The notes beneath the pieces were generated by a model. The model ran no database searches, was not told where the DNA came from, and worked only from the letters and a program-made list of their open reading frames with translations. 64,000 nucleotides of DNA from a virus. The stretch lies in the IMG/VR virus record IMGVR_UViG_3300025684_000015, positions 1 to 64,000 of that record. One strand, given 5' to 3'. Both the position numbers and the translations under genes were made by a program. The first letter of the stretch is position 1, and each line of letters opens with the position of its first letter. Shown here in pieces: positions 27,364 through 37,222 of the stretch.

Positions 27364-27648
27364 TTAAAAAATATTAAACCATGCATCGGCAATATAACCG
27401 GCGACAGCCAACAGTAAACCATATGCTATTCTATTTATAATATCTACGGTTCTATTATTTTGTTCTACTTTACGCTCAATACAATCTAATTTTGTTTGAA
27501 TTTTGCCAATTCTAGAATACATTTCTTCATGATCAGCTTGCAAATTCACAATACGCTCTTCCGCACGAGCTAATGATATCATTGCTTCGGTTAGTTTATC
27601 TAGTTTTTCTTCGATACGATCAAGTCGTTGTGAATTACTGTCAGCCAT
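27364..27648 (-). CDS. coiled-coil protein with C-terminal TM
   Basis: RLDRIEEKLDKL heptads; C-terminal hydrophobic helix. Confidence 0.65.
   Translation of the reverse strand: MADSNSQRLDRIEEKLDKLTEAMISLARAEERIVNLQADHEEMYSRIGKIQTKLDCIERKVEQNNRTVDIINRIAYGLLLAVAGYIADAWFNIF
27432..27439 (-). promoter_or_regulatory. T4-type late promoter
   Basis: TATAAATA. Confidence 0.6.
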
Positions 27649-27652
27649 TGAA

Positions 27653-27808
27653 TTATCTACCCTGTCCTCTATACTTTTTAAAGCTTCTTCTTTTATGTTT
27701 ATTCATGCCTTGTAGAGTAATAGAGGTATTTCTTCCACCAATACTAGTCTTTTTAATAACGGGCTCATGAATAGCCTTATTCATTAGTGATGCTTTTACT
27801 TTAGCCAT
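27653..27808 (-). CDS. small basic protein (51 aa, not in track)
   Basis: Manual: MAKVKASL...KKTSIG...MNKHKRRSFKKYRGQGR. Confidence 0.6.
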   Translation of the reverse strand: MAKVKASLMNKAIHEPVIKKTSIGGRNTSITLQGMNKHKRRSFKKYRGQGR

Positions 27809-28079
27809 TATGTTTCTCAATCTTAATTACTAAGTTATCATGTCCTTTAAGTAACCTATGGTATTCACCTTTAGGTATCTCAAATTTCATATGTTCCTTT
27901 AAAAGAAAAGGTAAACAATTTTCAAATTGTAATTGCCAACCTTCACCTTCTAATACTTCTATAATTCGATCTTCTTTATCTCTGTGCCAAACATAATCTT
28001 CGCTTGGTTTAGTTACATCAAAAGTTCGAACATTCCCATCATCTATATATGGGTTACCAGAAATAACTTCCGCCACCAC
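27801..28079 (-). CDS. small cupin-like protein
   Basis: VWHRD...IPKGEYHRL. Confidence 0.65.
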   Translation of the reverse strand: MVAEVISGNPYIDDGNVRTFDVTKPSEDYVWHRDKEDRIIEVLEGEGWQLQFENCLPFLLKEHMKFEIPKGEYHRLLKGHDNLVIKIEKHNG

Positions 28080-28419
28080 TCAATCCTAACTGCTTTGCAT
28101 AACGAGGTAATCTACATGACCAGTAACCTGGCTTTGTTTTATCAGTCTTATTCGCGCAATCATGTCTTGCAGCAAATGAAGCTCTTGCTTCTGGGTCGTT
28201 AATCTTTGAAGAAAGGCCACCCTTTTCATCTCCAAAATTAACCTTTACTACGTTGCCCTTTGCATTTTTAACATAGACAACATATTTTTTTGGACCACCA
28301 GATCTTTTTGGAGAGTTTAATTCTGGACCTTCTGATGCTTCAAGCATTGGTGTCTCTAAAGGAACATGTGTTCCTTCGTATAATCCAAATACAAAATCTC
28401 TAAACTTATCCAAACTCAT
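28054..28419 (-). CDS. conserved phage protein
   Basis: KKYVVYVKN...VNFGD...RASFAARHDC...GYWSCR. Confidence 0.7.
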   Translation of the reverse strand: MSLDKFRDFVFGLYEGTHVPLETPMLEASEGPELNSPKRSGGPKKYVVYVKNAKGNVVKVNFGDEKGGLSSKINDPEARASFAARHDCANKTDKTKPGYWSCRLPRYAKQLGLSGGGSYFW

Positions 28420-28630
28420 GCCCCGCTACTCTTTTCATTTGTTTATTGAACTCTGCCTGTGATGGCTTTTGTTTATATAGTTTAATAGAAATCTCAGGAC
28501 GATCTTTACCTTTGATACGCCAGTTATAGCCTTTTTCTTTATGCTCAGGCTTAGTAGTCTTTACAACTCTACGGTCATAACCTGCTTCCCAAGTTTCAGA
28601 TCCTTCTCGAATTTCTCTAAGCTTTTTCAT
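28406..28630 (-). CDS. small protein with capsid-targeting-like N-terminus
   Basis: MKKLREIRE. Confidence 0.6.
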   Translation of the reverse strand: MKKLREIREGSETWEAGYDRRVVKTTKPEHKEKGYNWRIKGKDRPEISIKLYKQKPSQAEFNKQMKRVAGHEFG

Positions 28631-28788
28631 TACTCAGTATCTCTTAAAGCTCTTAATGCTTCAGCAATAGATCTTAATGCATGATTAATTCTTTTTTGCT
28701 TTTCAGGAGAATTTGCAAATGTTTCTTTGGCTACACCAATTAACTTAGCAGCTTCACCCAATTTATCTTTAGCCAAATTGACAGACAT
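28630..28788 (-). CDS. small hypothetical protein (start MSVNL)
   Basis: Coupled ORF. Confidence 0.5.
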   Translation of the reverse strand: MSVNLAKDKLGEAAKLIGVAKETFANSPEKQKRINHALRSIAEALRALRDTE

Positions 28789-29000
28789 TAGTTTTCCCTT
28801 TTCCAAATAGTCCATGCTCCATATCCAATAGCGGCATAAGCTACTAGACTAGCAATCGGTTTAAAAATTAAAAATGCAATTCCTGCAGCAACTAATACTG
28901 CACCGTCTAATGTGGTGCGTTCGTTTAGTCTAGACGTAATCCATTTTTTAATCATCGTCTTCCTCATCTTCATCGTCGTCATCTTCATCGCCATGATCAA
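28788..29000 (-). CDS. small 2-TM membrane protein (start probably MIKKW)
   Basis: RLNERTTLDG then two hydrophobic helices. Confidence 0.6.
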   Translation of the reverse strand: MIMAMKMTTMKMRKTMIKKWITSRLNERTTLDGAVLVAAGIAFLIFKPIASLVAYAAIGYGAWTIWKREN

Positions 29001-29202
29001 TATTAGAATAGAGAGATTGCATTTCAGAATGTGCTTTAGTTAATTTATTCTGCATCCATTCTGGAAATTCTCCACCTTCTTCGATATGTTCTGCAATTTC
29101 ATCTGCAGCATGCATGATGAAATCTAATTGCTTTTCTGCCATTGAAGCTTCATCTGGAGATGCAGCGTCATTTTCTTCTCTAATTACACTTAAAGATTTC
29201 AT
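28948..29202 (-). CDS. acidic small protein, probable head-internal
   Basis: MKSLSVIREE N-terminus; EASMA...QL...PEWMQNK; D/E tail. Confidence 0.6.
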   Translation of the reverse strand: MKSLSVIREENDAASPDEASMAEKQLDFIMHAADEIAEHIEEGGEFPEWMQNKLTKAHSEMQSLYSNIDHGDEDDDDEDEEDDD

Positions 29203-30533
29203 TTCTTTTTCCTTTGAGCTTCACGCTCTTTAGCCATCATTTGGCGAATTTTAGAAATCTTATCTGCTTCGCCTGGTTTTAATATTGACTTATCACTATC
29301 TGATTGTTGCTTCTTCATTGTTGCAGAATATGCTTGAGTCGACTCAGAAGTTTGCAAATCATCATCTTCCATATCACCTAAAGCAAGATCGCGGTACCGC
29401 TTTTTAACTTCAGCTCTAGTCATGCGTTCAACATCAGTAATCATTGATGGCTGTTTAACAATTTTACGAAGCTGTGATTTAACATCGCCTGGTGATCTAC
29501 CAATCATAACAATATCTGGTAAACCTGATACTGATACTTTAAAGAACATTCCACCTGCTGCTTCATCCAATTCAACTTCTTCACTACATGATTTTTGAGC
29601 TTGAATTGGTTTTTTCTTTTGCTTATCAGCCATTTTTTGAGCAGCTGATCTAGCAAGATGTCTAGCTACGTTTGATGGCTTAATGGTATTACCAAATCTA
29701 TCTTTACGTGGCTCACCAGCTTTTTTATATGGACCAGCAAAAGGAGGATTATCACCTTCGAAGGTGAAAATATTATAACCTTCATGCATATCAACATTGG
29801 TGGACTCTTTATGTACTCTATAGTCCTTGCCCATTTTAGTAGCATGCGCAGTGGCTTTCTTCAGATCACCACCGAAAGATTTTGCTGGGCCATCCTTTTT
29901 ATTGCCGATATATTTTTGAACTACATAATTCTCTTCAATAGATATTTCGTTGACTTCCACAGATTCATTAGGTGCATATGCCATAGGCTTGCCAGTTTTT
30001 GAATTCCTAATTCTATCTTTTACTGCTCCTCTATGAGTCAGAGTGATCTTGCCTTTGACACCTTTCTTTCTTAAGATCTCCATTGCATGATCTTCGTCTT
30101 TGGCATGTACGTTTCCACTTATACTTCTATGACCTACACGATAAATCTGCATTTCGTCAACCTGAGTTGCTTCCATAGACTTGACTTTTTTACGTGTACC
30201 AATTTTTCTAGTATCACCTTTATCCATCATGCCATGCATATCTTTACCTGGATCATCTTTACCATGGTAACCTTGGGCTTTTCCAGGAGCAAGCTTCTTT
30301 ACACTGCCACCTTTAGCTTTAAAGGCTGCAACTTGTTTTGCTAACTCAGCTTTCTGTTTAGGAGTCATTGCCTCTTTAACATCTTCTTTATTACTGCCAC
30401 GCTTTGCATCCATGTAAGCGGCAATTGCCATTTTGCGGCGCTCATCTTCTGATTTTCCTTTAAATTGTGGCGCGTCAGAATTTTCAAAATCTGAAATCCA
30501 CGCTTTCATTCCGTCTGATACTTTTAATGGCAT
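29199..30533 (-). CDS. probable head-internal polyprotein
   Basis: Short modules separated by (V/L/I)xE sites (VKE, VDE, VNE, IEE, LDE) like gp21 cleavage sites. Confidence 0.6.
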   Translation of the reverse strand: MPLKVSDGMKAWISDFENSDAPQFKGKSEDERRKMAIAAYMDAKRGSNKEDVKEAMTPKQKAELAKQVAAFKAKGGSVKKLAPGKAQGYHGKDDPGKDMHGMMDKGDTRKIGTRKKVKSMEATQVDEMQIYRVGHRSISGNVHAKDEDHAMEILRKKGVKGKITLTHRGAVKDRIRNSKTGKPMAYAPNESVEVNEISIEENYVVQKYIGNKKDGPAKSFGGDLKKATAHATKMGKDYRVHKESTNVDMHEGYNIFTFEGDNPPFAGPYKKAGEPRKDRFGNTIKPSNVARHLARSAAQKMADKQKKKPIQAQKSCSEEVELDEAAGGMFFKVSVSGLPDIVMIGRSPGDVKSQLRKIVKQPSMITDVERMTRAEVKKRYRDLALGDMEDDDLQTSESTQAYSATMKKQQSDSDKSILKPGEADKISKIRQMMAKEREAQRKKK

Positions 30534-30537
30534 TTTT

Positions 30538-30789
30538 TTATCCTCTTACTTTAGCTGCAAGGTCTTTATCTGCCTTGCCCCACGTTCCTGATGATTTTGT
30601 TACAAATGAATTGACTCGAGCCATGCCCCATTGTTGTGGAGTGGTTCCTGGACGATGACCTGATTTCCATGCTGCCATTCCTCTATCATAGACTTTTTTC
30701 AAAATAGCATATGGCATGCCAGATTTAGCAGCTTTATTTTTAAGTCCTTCTTTCGCGGATTCTTCTAAATATTCTTTAAAATTAATCAT
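30538..30789 (-). CDS. conserved protein (DUF5824-like C-half), start MINFKEYLEE
   Basis: ILKKVYDRGMAAWKSGHRPGTTPQQWGMARVNSF. Confidence 0.65.
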   Translation of the reverse strand: MINFKEYLEESAKEGLKNKAAKSGMPYAILKKVYDRGMAAWKSGHRPGTTPQQWGMARVNSFVTKSSGTWGKADKDLAAKVRG

Positions 30790-31861
30790 CGCCAAATATA
30801 TCCCTGAATTTTTTAGTATGTTTACTTGTTTTAGTTTTAGCTGTAGCATCGCCTGGAGCTGGTTTATATGCAGCTGGATCATCGTCATCCATTTTAGCTT
30901 GTTTATTAAATTGCGCTTTACGTTTGGCTTGAGTAGATTTACTTAAACCACTATGATATACTTTCTTTTCAACCATTAGGTTTTCATAACCTGGAGCTTG
31001 ATATGGAGCATTAACATATGAATCTCTACGCATGTCATCTGGATTTACTTTATCAACACCGTCTAACCATTTGCGCCATCTTTCACCCTTGGATTCTACA
31101 ATAAGATAATTAGCTCCAAGATATTCGATAGTAGCTACAATGCCATTTTCTTTAATAACAACTTCTTCACCAACACTGAATAAATTATCGCGCATATACG
31201 ATTCGCGAATTTCAGAAACAGGCTCAAGTTGAATGTGATTTTTAAAGTTGTTTTGTTCTTTAAGACCAATACCTTTTCTTACAGCATTATATACAGCTTT
31301 TGTATCTGCTGTAGAAAGCTTTTTAGGCATATATTGCGCGAATGTAGTGAAATCGCCATTTTCAGCAAAGCCTCTTAGTTTTGTACCTGAAACACCTTCA
31401 ACACCCTTTGAATCTGGATCTCTGTTACCAGCATTAAGTACTGAAATATTTTCAAAGTTATAAAAGCCATGCTTACTCTTTACACCATTATACTTATTCA
31501 GTAAAATATCGTATTCTCGTATTCTATCTGAGCCAGCACAAATAACAACCTTTTTGAAACCTTCTTTATGAAAAATTGTCATAAGATTAAGAAGTGTGCT
31601 AGCACCTTTATCTAACATAATTTGGCGAGCATATTGTGGAAAACCTTTACGTGCAAACTTTACTTTTTGCACGAATGGAATAGGATTCTTTTTGTCGTCT
31701 TCTGATTGAGTAAGATAAATTCTAAATGGATTATTGCCAGCTTTTTGCTTAAGAAAGTCTAATAATTTCTCATGGCCAGCCGTTGGTGGATTCATACGAC
31801 CCCACACAAAATAAAGAGTTTTCTCTTCTTCAATTAAATATGATTTGAATGAACTGATCAT
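30782..31861 (-). CDS. HxGH-type cytidylyl/nucleotidyltransferase
   Basis: WGRMNPPTAGHEKL, KNP, GSDR, VSGTKLR. Confidence 0.85.
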   Translation of the reverse strand: MISSFKSYLIEEEKTLYFVWGRMNPPTAGHEKLLDFLKQKAGNNPFRIYLTQSEDDKKNPIPFVQKVKFARKGFPQYARQIMLDKGASTLLNLMTIFHKEGFKKVVICAGSDRIREYDILLNKYNGVKSKHGFYNFENISVLNAGNRDPDSKGVEGVSGTKLRGFAENGDFTTFAQYMPKKLSTADTKAVYNAVRKGIGLKEQNNFKNHIQLEPVSEIRESYMRDNLFSVGEEVVIKENGIVATIEYLGANYLIVESKGERWRKWLDGVDKVNPDDMRRDSYVNAPYQAPGYENLMVEKKVYHSGLSKSTQAKRKAQFNKQAKMDDDDPAAYKPAPGDATAKTKTSKHTKKFRDIFGDD

Positions 31862-32244
31862 CGTTTTCTAGCAATCTCCGCGCGCCGTTTCTTTGGCATT
31901 AAGCGGCGTTGCATAATAGCAATACGTTGTTGCCAACCACCTTGCTTTAAACGCTTTTCAATTTGTTTCTTTTTAGCTACTGAGACTTCAGATTTTTTAT
32001 TACCTGAGCCAGCCAATTTGTCTGCAAATGTTGCTCGAGCTGCTCTGCGAGATCTACCCTTTAAAACCTTAGTAGATGCTAGCCTTCTCATGGCTCTTTT
32101 CTTTGCCATGGCCAAGCGAGTCTTACGCCGTTTTGCTGATCGTGCTAATTTACGACGACCTTGAATAGAGAGTTCTTCGCTGACATCATCTTTATTGTCA
32201 ACACGGTTCTCTATAATGAATTTTTTAAATGACATTGATGCCAT
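31858..32244 (-). CDS. highly basic protein, probable head-internal/DNA-binding
   Basis: MSFKKFIIE N-terminus; Arg/Lys-rich. Confidence 0.65.
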   Translation of the reverse strand: MASMSFKKFIIENRVDNKDDVSEELSIQGRRKLARSAKRRKTRLAMAKKRAMRRLASTKVLKGRSRRAARATFADKLAGSGNKKSEVSVAKKKQIEKRLKQGGWQQRIAIMQRRLMPKKRRAEIARKR

Positions 32245-32279
32245 TTTATATTCTCCCTGGTTTATCCCATTTAATATAT

Positions 32280-33506
32280 TTATCGGCCAGTTTTATCCCA
32301 GCCTTTCAAAACGTCGGGTGAAAAGTTAGCATAGGAAAATTCCATCCTATCAACAATTTTCACCGCATCACCACCAAGTTTATCGATTGCTACATAACCT
32401 TCTGGATCTGTTGTACGATAACCTTTTTTAGTTTTAAGAAAAGTACTAACAGTACTCAACTTATTTAATCTATTTATAAGAATTAGTTTAGCTAAAACAA
32501 GTTCTCTTTGCAATTCAAACATATTTTCTAGTGATTTTTTATTTGAATCAGAAAAGAAAGTAAGTAATGCATCTAACTGTTTTTGTTGAGCAGACTTTCC
32601 TTTTTCTGTTTTACGTTTATCAATTTCTTTTTGGTATTTTTGTTTAATAAATTGAATAAGAGATTGTGTTCTTTTATTTGCAGGTGGTGGTACTTCACCT
32701 TTCCGCACAAACGAATTAGCATGAGTTTCAATATGTCTTGCTAGCGTTTCGTTTGCTTCTAATGTTTTAAGAGTTGAACCTGCAATTTTATTAAAAAGAA
32801 ATCCAGCATTTTTTAGATGGCTATTTACTTCATTTGTTTCTTTTTCACTCATTGTCAGATTAGTCATGTCTCTTAGCATAGCATCTTGAGACCAAACGTT
32901 TGGTGACTTATTTAACTTTGCAACATTAACACCATAACCCGCTTTCATCGTTTCAAATGTTTTTCCAGTATACGTTGTATGCCAGACAATTCCGATTTTA
33001 GCACTTTTAATTGCTTTAGCTGCTTCCGATTTCTCAGGAACTGCATAGACAATAGTATTCGGATGGAATGTAAGATACGATTCACCCGCAATTTTACTCG
33101 TCTTAAGATCTCCTGGGCCATACAAAAAATCTCCTTGAATGACTCCTTTAATACCCAGTGCGGGTAAATATTTAAGAGCTAATTTAAGTTTATCTGCCAA
33201 ATCACCAGAAGTGTCAGCTTCTACATCGGCATTTGTCTTATATACTTTAGGGTTAACGTTAAAGATACCTTTCTTTGCTACAAAGAATTTTCCATCACGT
33301 GGATCGATACCAGCAAAAATAGCTGGTGCTCCATCCCATTTAACTGAAACATTACCAGCATGTTTGCCACTTAGCATATCACGAAGAGAACGTAGAGCTA
33401 AAATGGCATCACGTGTTCCTTTGACTCCACCGTAGATAACCTTATCCTCGATGTGAGTCATATGGGTGTTTTTTTGTTCAGTTATAAAAGAACTAAATTT
33501 TTCCAT
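32280..33506 (-). CDS. ligase-fold (KxDG) nucleotidyltransferase-like protein
   Basis: Start MEKFSSFITE; VKWDGAP (motif I), QGD, EGYV (IV), VKIV (V). Confidence 0.65.
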   Translation of the reverse strand: MEKFSSFITEQKNTHMTHIEDKVIYGGVKGTRDAILALRSLRDMLSGKHAGNVSVKWDGAPAIFAGIDPRDGKFFVAKKGIFNVNPKVYKTNADVEADTSGDLADKLKLALKYLPALGIKGVIQGDFLYGPGDLKTSKIAGESYLTFHPNTIVYAVPEKSEAAKAIKSAKIGIVWHTTYTGKTFETMKAGYGVNVAKLNKSPNVWSQDAMLRDMTNLTMSEKETNEVNSHLKNAGFLFNKIAGSTLKTLEANETLARHIETHANSFVRKGEVPPPANKRTQSLIQFIKQKYQKEIDKRKTEKGKSAQQKQLDALLTFFSDSNKKSLENMFELQRELVLAKLILINRLNKLSTVSTFLKTKKGYRTTDPEGYVAIDKLGGDAVKIVDRMEFSYANFSPDVLKGWDKTGR

Positions 33507-35089
33507 TATCGTACCTCGATCCAACCTAAACTGGCCCAACCGTCTTTGTTGGCGCCGGTTGCGGCAACAGCGATTACAAATGTAGCAGGTGTGTCACCCA
33601 GCGTAGTTGTGGTATTTCTCGTCAACTGTGTGATAGCACGTTCTGGTAGTTTATATGCAGTACCTTGGTTGCCGGAACTAACATACACCGTGTCTAAAAT
33701 AGTTCCGTTGCTCAGTGCGGTACCGGTAATGTTATATTCCACAGCACTTTCAGAATCATAACTGATCCAAGTGCCACCTGTGATGACAGCACCTTCCAAT
33801 ACCCTAATAAAGATATTTGTATTATCTAACGTTGCTCCAGCATAAAAGTCTGGTATGACCACTGAGTTGAGTGCGGTACTTTTTAATCTAATAGCAACCA
33901 CAGGATAGAATGTGTTGGCTGAGCTGAGTGTGTGCCCTGTGATTGGACTTGACTGACTCTTCTGCCTACCTATTAGTGTGGTTGTACCCTCTGAAGTAAA
34001 TGAATGTGAACCTTGCCAAAAGTAATGTGGCCCAGAAGAAACCCCTGTGACATTGGCCAGTTCCACCCTTACTGGTAGTGCAGCATTTCCTGACCATGTA
34101 TTTTCAATTCTATTAGCATGATTAAATTTGTGTATTGCATGAGCATTATTGTCAATAACAAATTTAAACTCTACCTGTCCTGCCCCATACCATTCATATT
34201 CAATAATGATTTGTTGTATGGCAGAGGGATTAAATACGATACCACTCGGACCTGTACCATCCAGTTTGTCATCGCTCCAATCATCACGAGCAACACGAGT
34301 TTCAACTATTCCTCCAGATGTATTTCTGCGAATCACACAGTAAAATGTAGACCCTTCTTCTTCAAAGTATGCGCCATTGCCCTCATCAAATAACCCAACG
34401 CGTCTACGAATACCAGGAAGAAGTGGATACCAACGAAATACCATAGACATTTCGCTTTGCCGTCCTGGTATATATCTCTGAACACGCTTGGTTTGGCGTT
34501 TAATCTCATCACCTGCTGTACCGCCCACTTCGAGTAAAACCATAGCCTGATATTCGTCATGCGCGGCACTGGCTGTTCCTGAAATCTGTTCGTCCCAGAT
34601 GTCGTCATCTTTGCTTTGTGTATATGTAGCAAAGTCTGTTAATTCGAATGTAGACACCTTGCGACGGTTTTTAGAAGTGTGTTGTACAGTATCGTCATCA
34701 ACCAACAACACTTGCTTACCCCAAGGATTTACGTCAGTTCCGATAACTTTAAGTGGATTGCCCACATCATTCTTAACTTCAACTTCAGGTATACTAGTAA
34801 CATTGACGTTAATATGAGAAGCACTATCAAGCATTAAGTTAAAAGTCTGACCGACGATATCAACGTGTAATGGATCACCTTCGTCATTGCTGACTTCCAC
34901 TTCACCAGGGATTGACACGGGCCCAGTAATTGTAATTGATTCACCGCCAATAGAAACAGGCAATGGATTATCTGAATCAACGATGACTCCACTTCTATTT
35001 GCAGCAAGCATCATGACTTCAAAAAGGTCATCGTTTCTTGATGGGCCATTTCTTAGAAAATCATTACGGATTTTACTAAATTGTGCCAT
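33506..35089 (-). CDS. beta-rich probable virion structural protein
   Basis: Repeated V.NDxGNPL segments, then a lectin-like domain (RYIPG, IEYEWYGAG). Confidence 0.6.
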   Translation of the reverse strand: MAQFSKIRNDFLRNGPSRNDDLFEVMMLAANRSGVIVDSDNPLPVSIGGESITITGPVSIPGEVEVSNDEGDPLHVDIVGQTFNLMLDSASHINVNVTSIPEVEVKNDVGNPLKVIGTDVNPWGKQVLLVDDDTVQHTSKNRRKVSTFELTDFATYTQSKDDDIWDEQISGTASAAHDEYQAMVLLEVGGTAGDEIKRQTKRVQRYIPGRQSEMSMVFRWYPLLPGIRRRVGLFDEGNGAYFEEEGSTFYCVIRRNTSGGIVETRVARDDWSDDKLDGTGPSGIVFNPSAIQQIIIEYEWYGAGQVEFKFVIDNNAHAIHKFNHANRIENTWSGNAALPVRVELANVTGVSSGPHYFWQGSHSFTSEGTTTLIGRQKSQSSPITGHTLSSANTFYPVVAIRLKSTALNSVVIPDFYAGATLDNTNIFIRVLEGAVITGGTWISYDSESAVEYNITGTALSNGTILDTVYVSSGNQGTAYKLPERAITQLTRNTTTTLGDTPATFVIAVAATGANKDGWASLGWIEVR

Positions 35090-35168
35090 TATACTTCCTT
35101 TACCTTTGAACTTATAGTTATATTATACCAAATATTCTGCTAAAAGTACACAGTTTTTTTCAATTAAT

Positions 35169-36152
35169 TTAAATTTCTTTTGTTGTACTAACAGTTTTTG
35201 CTTTTGGAAAAATACCAACTCTAGCTTTTGATAAAAACTTTCCAGCAATATTAGCACCACGATCTGTTGTATAACGAGCAAAAAATACTGGCTCATAACC
35301 AGCACCAACTAAGGGAGATCCATTTCTACCAGAGTGCGTAGATTTGATTTTATAAACTGAGCCGCTTTTGACTAATTTCATATCACCTTGATGAAATTCA
35401 TCGACGTTATTTCTACCACGAGATTTTCCAAAATCAATACCATACACTGACTTCATGATTAAGTCTTTATTTTTACAAATACGATAAACACTTTGCCCTG
35501 AGCTTAATCCCTCTGGAAACATATCTATTATATCAGTCATAAATTGTTTTACTTCTGAGTTATTACTCAAAGAGCGATCGCTTAATCCGCCATATTGTTG
35601 AAAGTGTTGTGGTTTAGATCCGGCCTTGTGGGACAACCATGCTACTTCTTGTCCCATAGCATTTACAAAATGAAAGTCTGCTTTAGGAACACCTGGTGTA
35701 GACTCAATCCCACAAATCTCAATTGTTCTTCCACCAACATTTATTTTAATTTCTGCTTCATTTTCTTTTTCAATTGCTTTTTCTATTTCAATTCTAAATT
35801 TAGTTAAAGCTGCATCTTCAGCTGCTGTACCTGAGCCAGCTCCTTTACCACCAAGAGATGCATCTTTAAGAAAGTCATTAGGAAATACAAGATTAGCATT
35901 TCTACCATTTAGCTTTCCTGGCAATGTAACCTTATATCCTTTTGGAGGATTAGCAATCTGAGATACTAATTCTTCTGCTGCTTTAGAATTTTTGTCAACA
36001 TAGAACTCACCCTTTTTGACTAAGAATCCTTTAGTATTTTTGATTTTGTCAATAACAATCGGATCTCTACCACGGCGAGTAATGTCACTTAATTTAAGCT
36101 CATTATAGCTTGCCATTGCGTCCTCCGTTATATACTGTCTAAACTTTAACAT
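35169..36152 (-). CDS. PD-(D/E)xK nuclease-like protein with capsid-targeting-like N-terminus
   Basis: MLKFRQYITE; AAE...PKADF...WLSHK; late promoter upstream. Confidence 0.55.
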   Translation of the reverse strand: MLKFRQYITEDAMASYNELKLSDITRRGRDPIVIDKIKNTKGFLVKKGEFYVDKNSKAAEELVSQIANPPKGYKVTLPGKLNGRNANLVFPNDFLKDASLGGKGAGSGTAAEDAALTKFRIEIEKAIEKENEAEIKINVGGRTIEICGIESTPGVPKADFHFVNAMGQEVAWLSHKAGSKPQHFQQYGGLSDRSLSNNSEVKQFMTDIIDMFPEGLSSGQSVYRICKNKDLIMKSVYGIDFGKSRGRNNVDEFHQGDMKLVKSGSVYKIKSTHSGRNGSPLVGAGYEPVFFARYTTDRGANIAGKFLSKARVGIFPKAKTVSTTKEI

Positions 36153-36185
36153 TTAATTAAACCGTAATCTGTGAGTTTATAATAG

Positions 36186-36193
36186 TATTTATA
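36186..36193 (-). promoter_or_regulatory. T4-type late promoter
   Basis: TATAAATA directly after a terminator. Confidence 0.75.
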
Positions 36194-36197
36194 ACAG

Positions 36198-36230
36198 AAA
36201 AAAACGCTACCCCTTTTGAAGTAGCGTTTT
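36198..36230 (-). terminator. intrinsic terminator
   Basis: AAAACGCTAC-loop-GTAGCGTTTT hairpin with T-run, after the DUF932 gene. Confidence 0.8.
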
Positions 36231-36253
36231 ATGTTTACAGAAAGAATACAGAA

Positions 36254-37210
36254 TTAAGCTACTTCTGCAAACTTAATAGCTGTTTCAAGAGCATTCTTTT
36301 TACGCACCTGATTTCCACCAAACCAAGATGAATACAAACGGTTATCTGCATTACGACCTTGTACATGATCGGTGATATATGTTAGTGAATTATAAGCCTG
36401 CCACCAAGAACCTTCAGCAAATTCTGCACCGGGCTGAGACTCAAGAGCTTCAAGACAAAGCTTTGCATTACGAGACAATGTATCAGCAGATAATTCTTTA
36501 CCTTGAACTTTTTTGTCTGCAGTACGTGGATAGATTGTATTATAATATTCAATAAGTGAATCCATTGTAAAGCGCTTTTTACCAAGAAACTCAGCCATTT
36601 CTTTATAAGTTGCTAGCTTTTCAGATGCAATCCCAAGAGCTTCTTTTACTTCAGAAGGATTAAAGTCAACACGATGGCCAACTTTTACTGCACGTTCAGC
36701 ATTCATATTAAGTGAAAGTGAAAGTGTATTATTACATACAACACGAATCGGAGTAAATCGAATATCAATTGACTTACCATATTGGTGTGGGTTAGAGAAC
36801 AAGAAGTATGAATCAACTTGATCACCACCAAAGAGATCAAATGACTCACTGACTTTTGCCAATGCCCATACCATTTGACCACCCTTTAGTGATCCAGCAG
36901 TATGCATTTCCATTTGACCAGAAAGAACATATTCTCCAAAGAACTCAAAAGCATCTTCATTTTGAAGTGGCTTCCAATTTTCACCAACATTGGTTAGAAT
37001 TTTTCCATCTGTCTCACGTACTAAAGACTTTTGACCAGTTGATTTACGTTCACCATTGAACTCGATGAAAGACTCAACCTCTTGAACTTTCCAATCCAAA
37101 CCAGCTTTTTCAAGCATTTGATTTGGAGTAAGATCATTTGAGACAGGAACTCCAAGACCATGCCATGGAAGTTCGCCTGCGTACGCCATTGTTTCAACTT
37201 GATGTGCCAT
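36254..37210 (-). CDS. DUF932-family protein
   Basis: MAHQVETMAY..ELPWHGLG, TAGSLKGG, TPIRVVCNNTL, WWQAYNSLT. Confidence 0.85.
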   Translation of the reverse strand: MAHQVETMAYAGELPWHGLGVPVSNDLTPNQMLEKAGLDWKVQEVESFIEFNGERKSTGQKSLVRETDGKILTNVGENWKPLQNEDAFEFFGEYVLSGQMEMHTAGSLKGGQMVWALAKVSESFDLFGGDQVDSYFLFSNPHQYGKSIDIRFTPIRVVCNNTLSLSLNMNAERAVKVGHRVDFNPSEVKEALGIASEKLATYKEMAEFLGKKRFTMDSLIEYYNTIYPRTADKKVQGKELSADTLSRNAKLCLEALESQPGAEFAEGSWWQAYNSLTYITDHVQGRNADNRLYSSWFGGNQVRKKNALETAIKFAEVA

Positions 37211-37222
37211 AATATATGCTCC

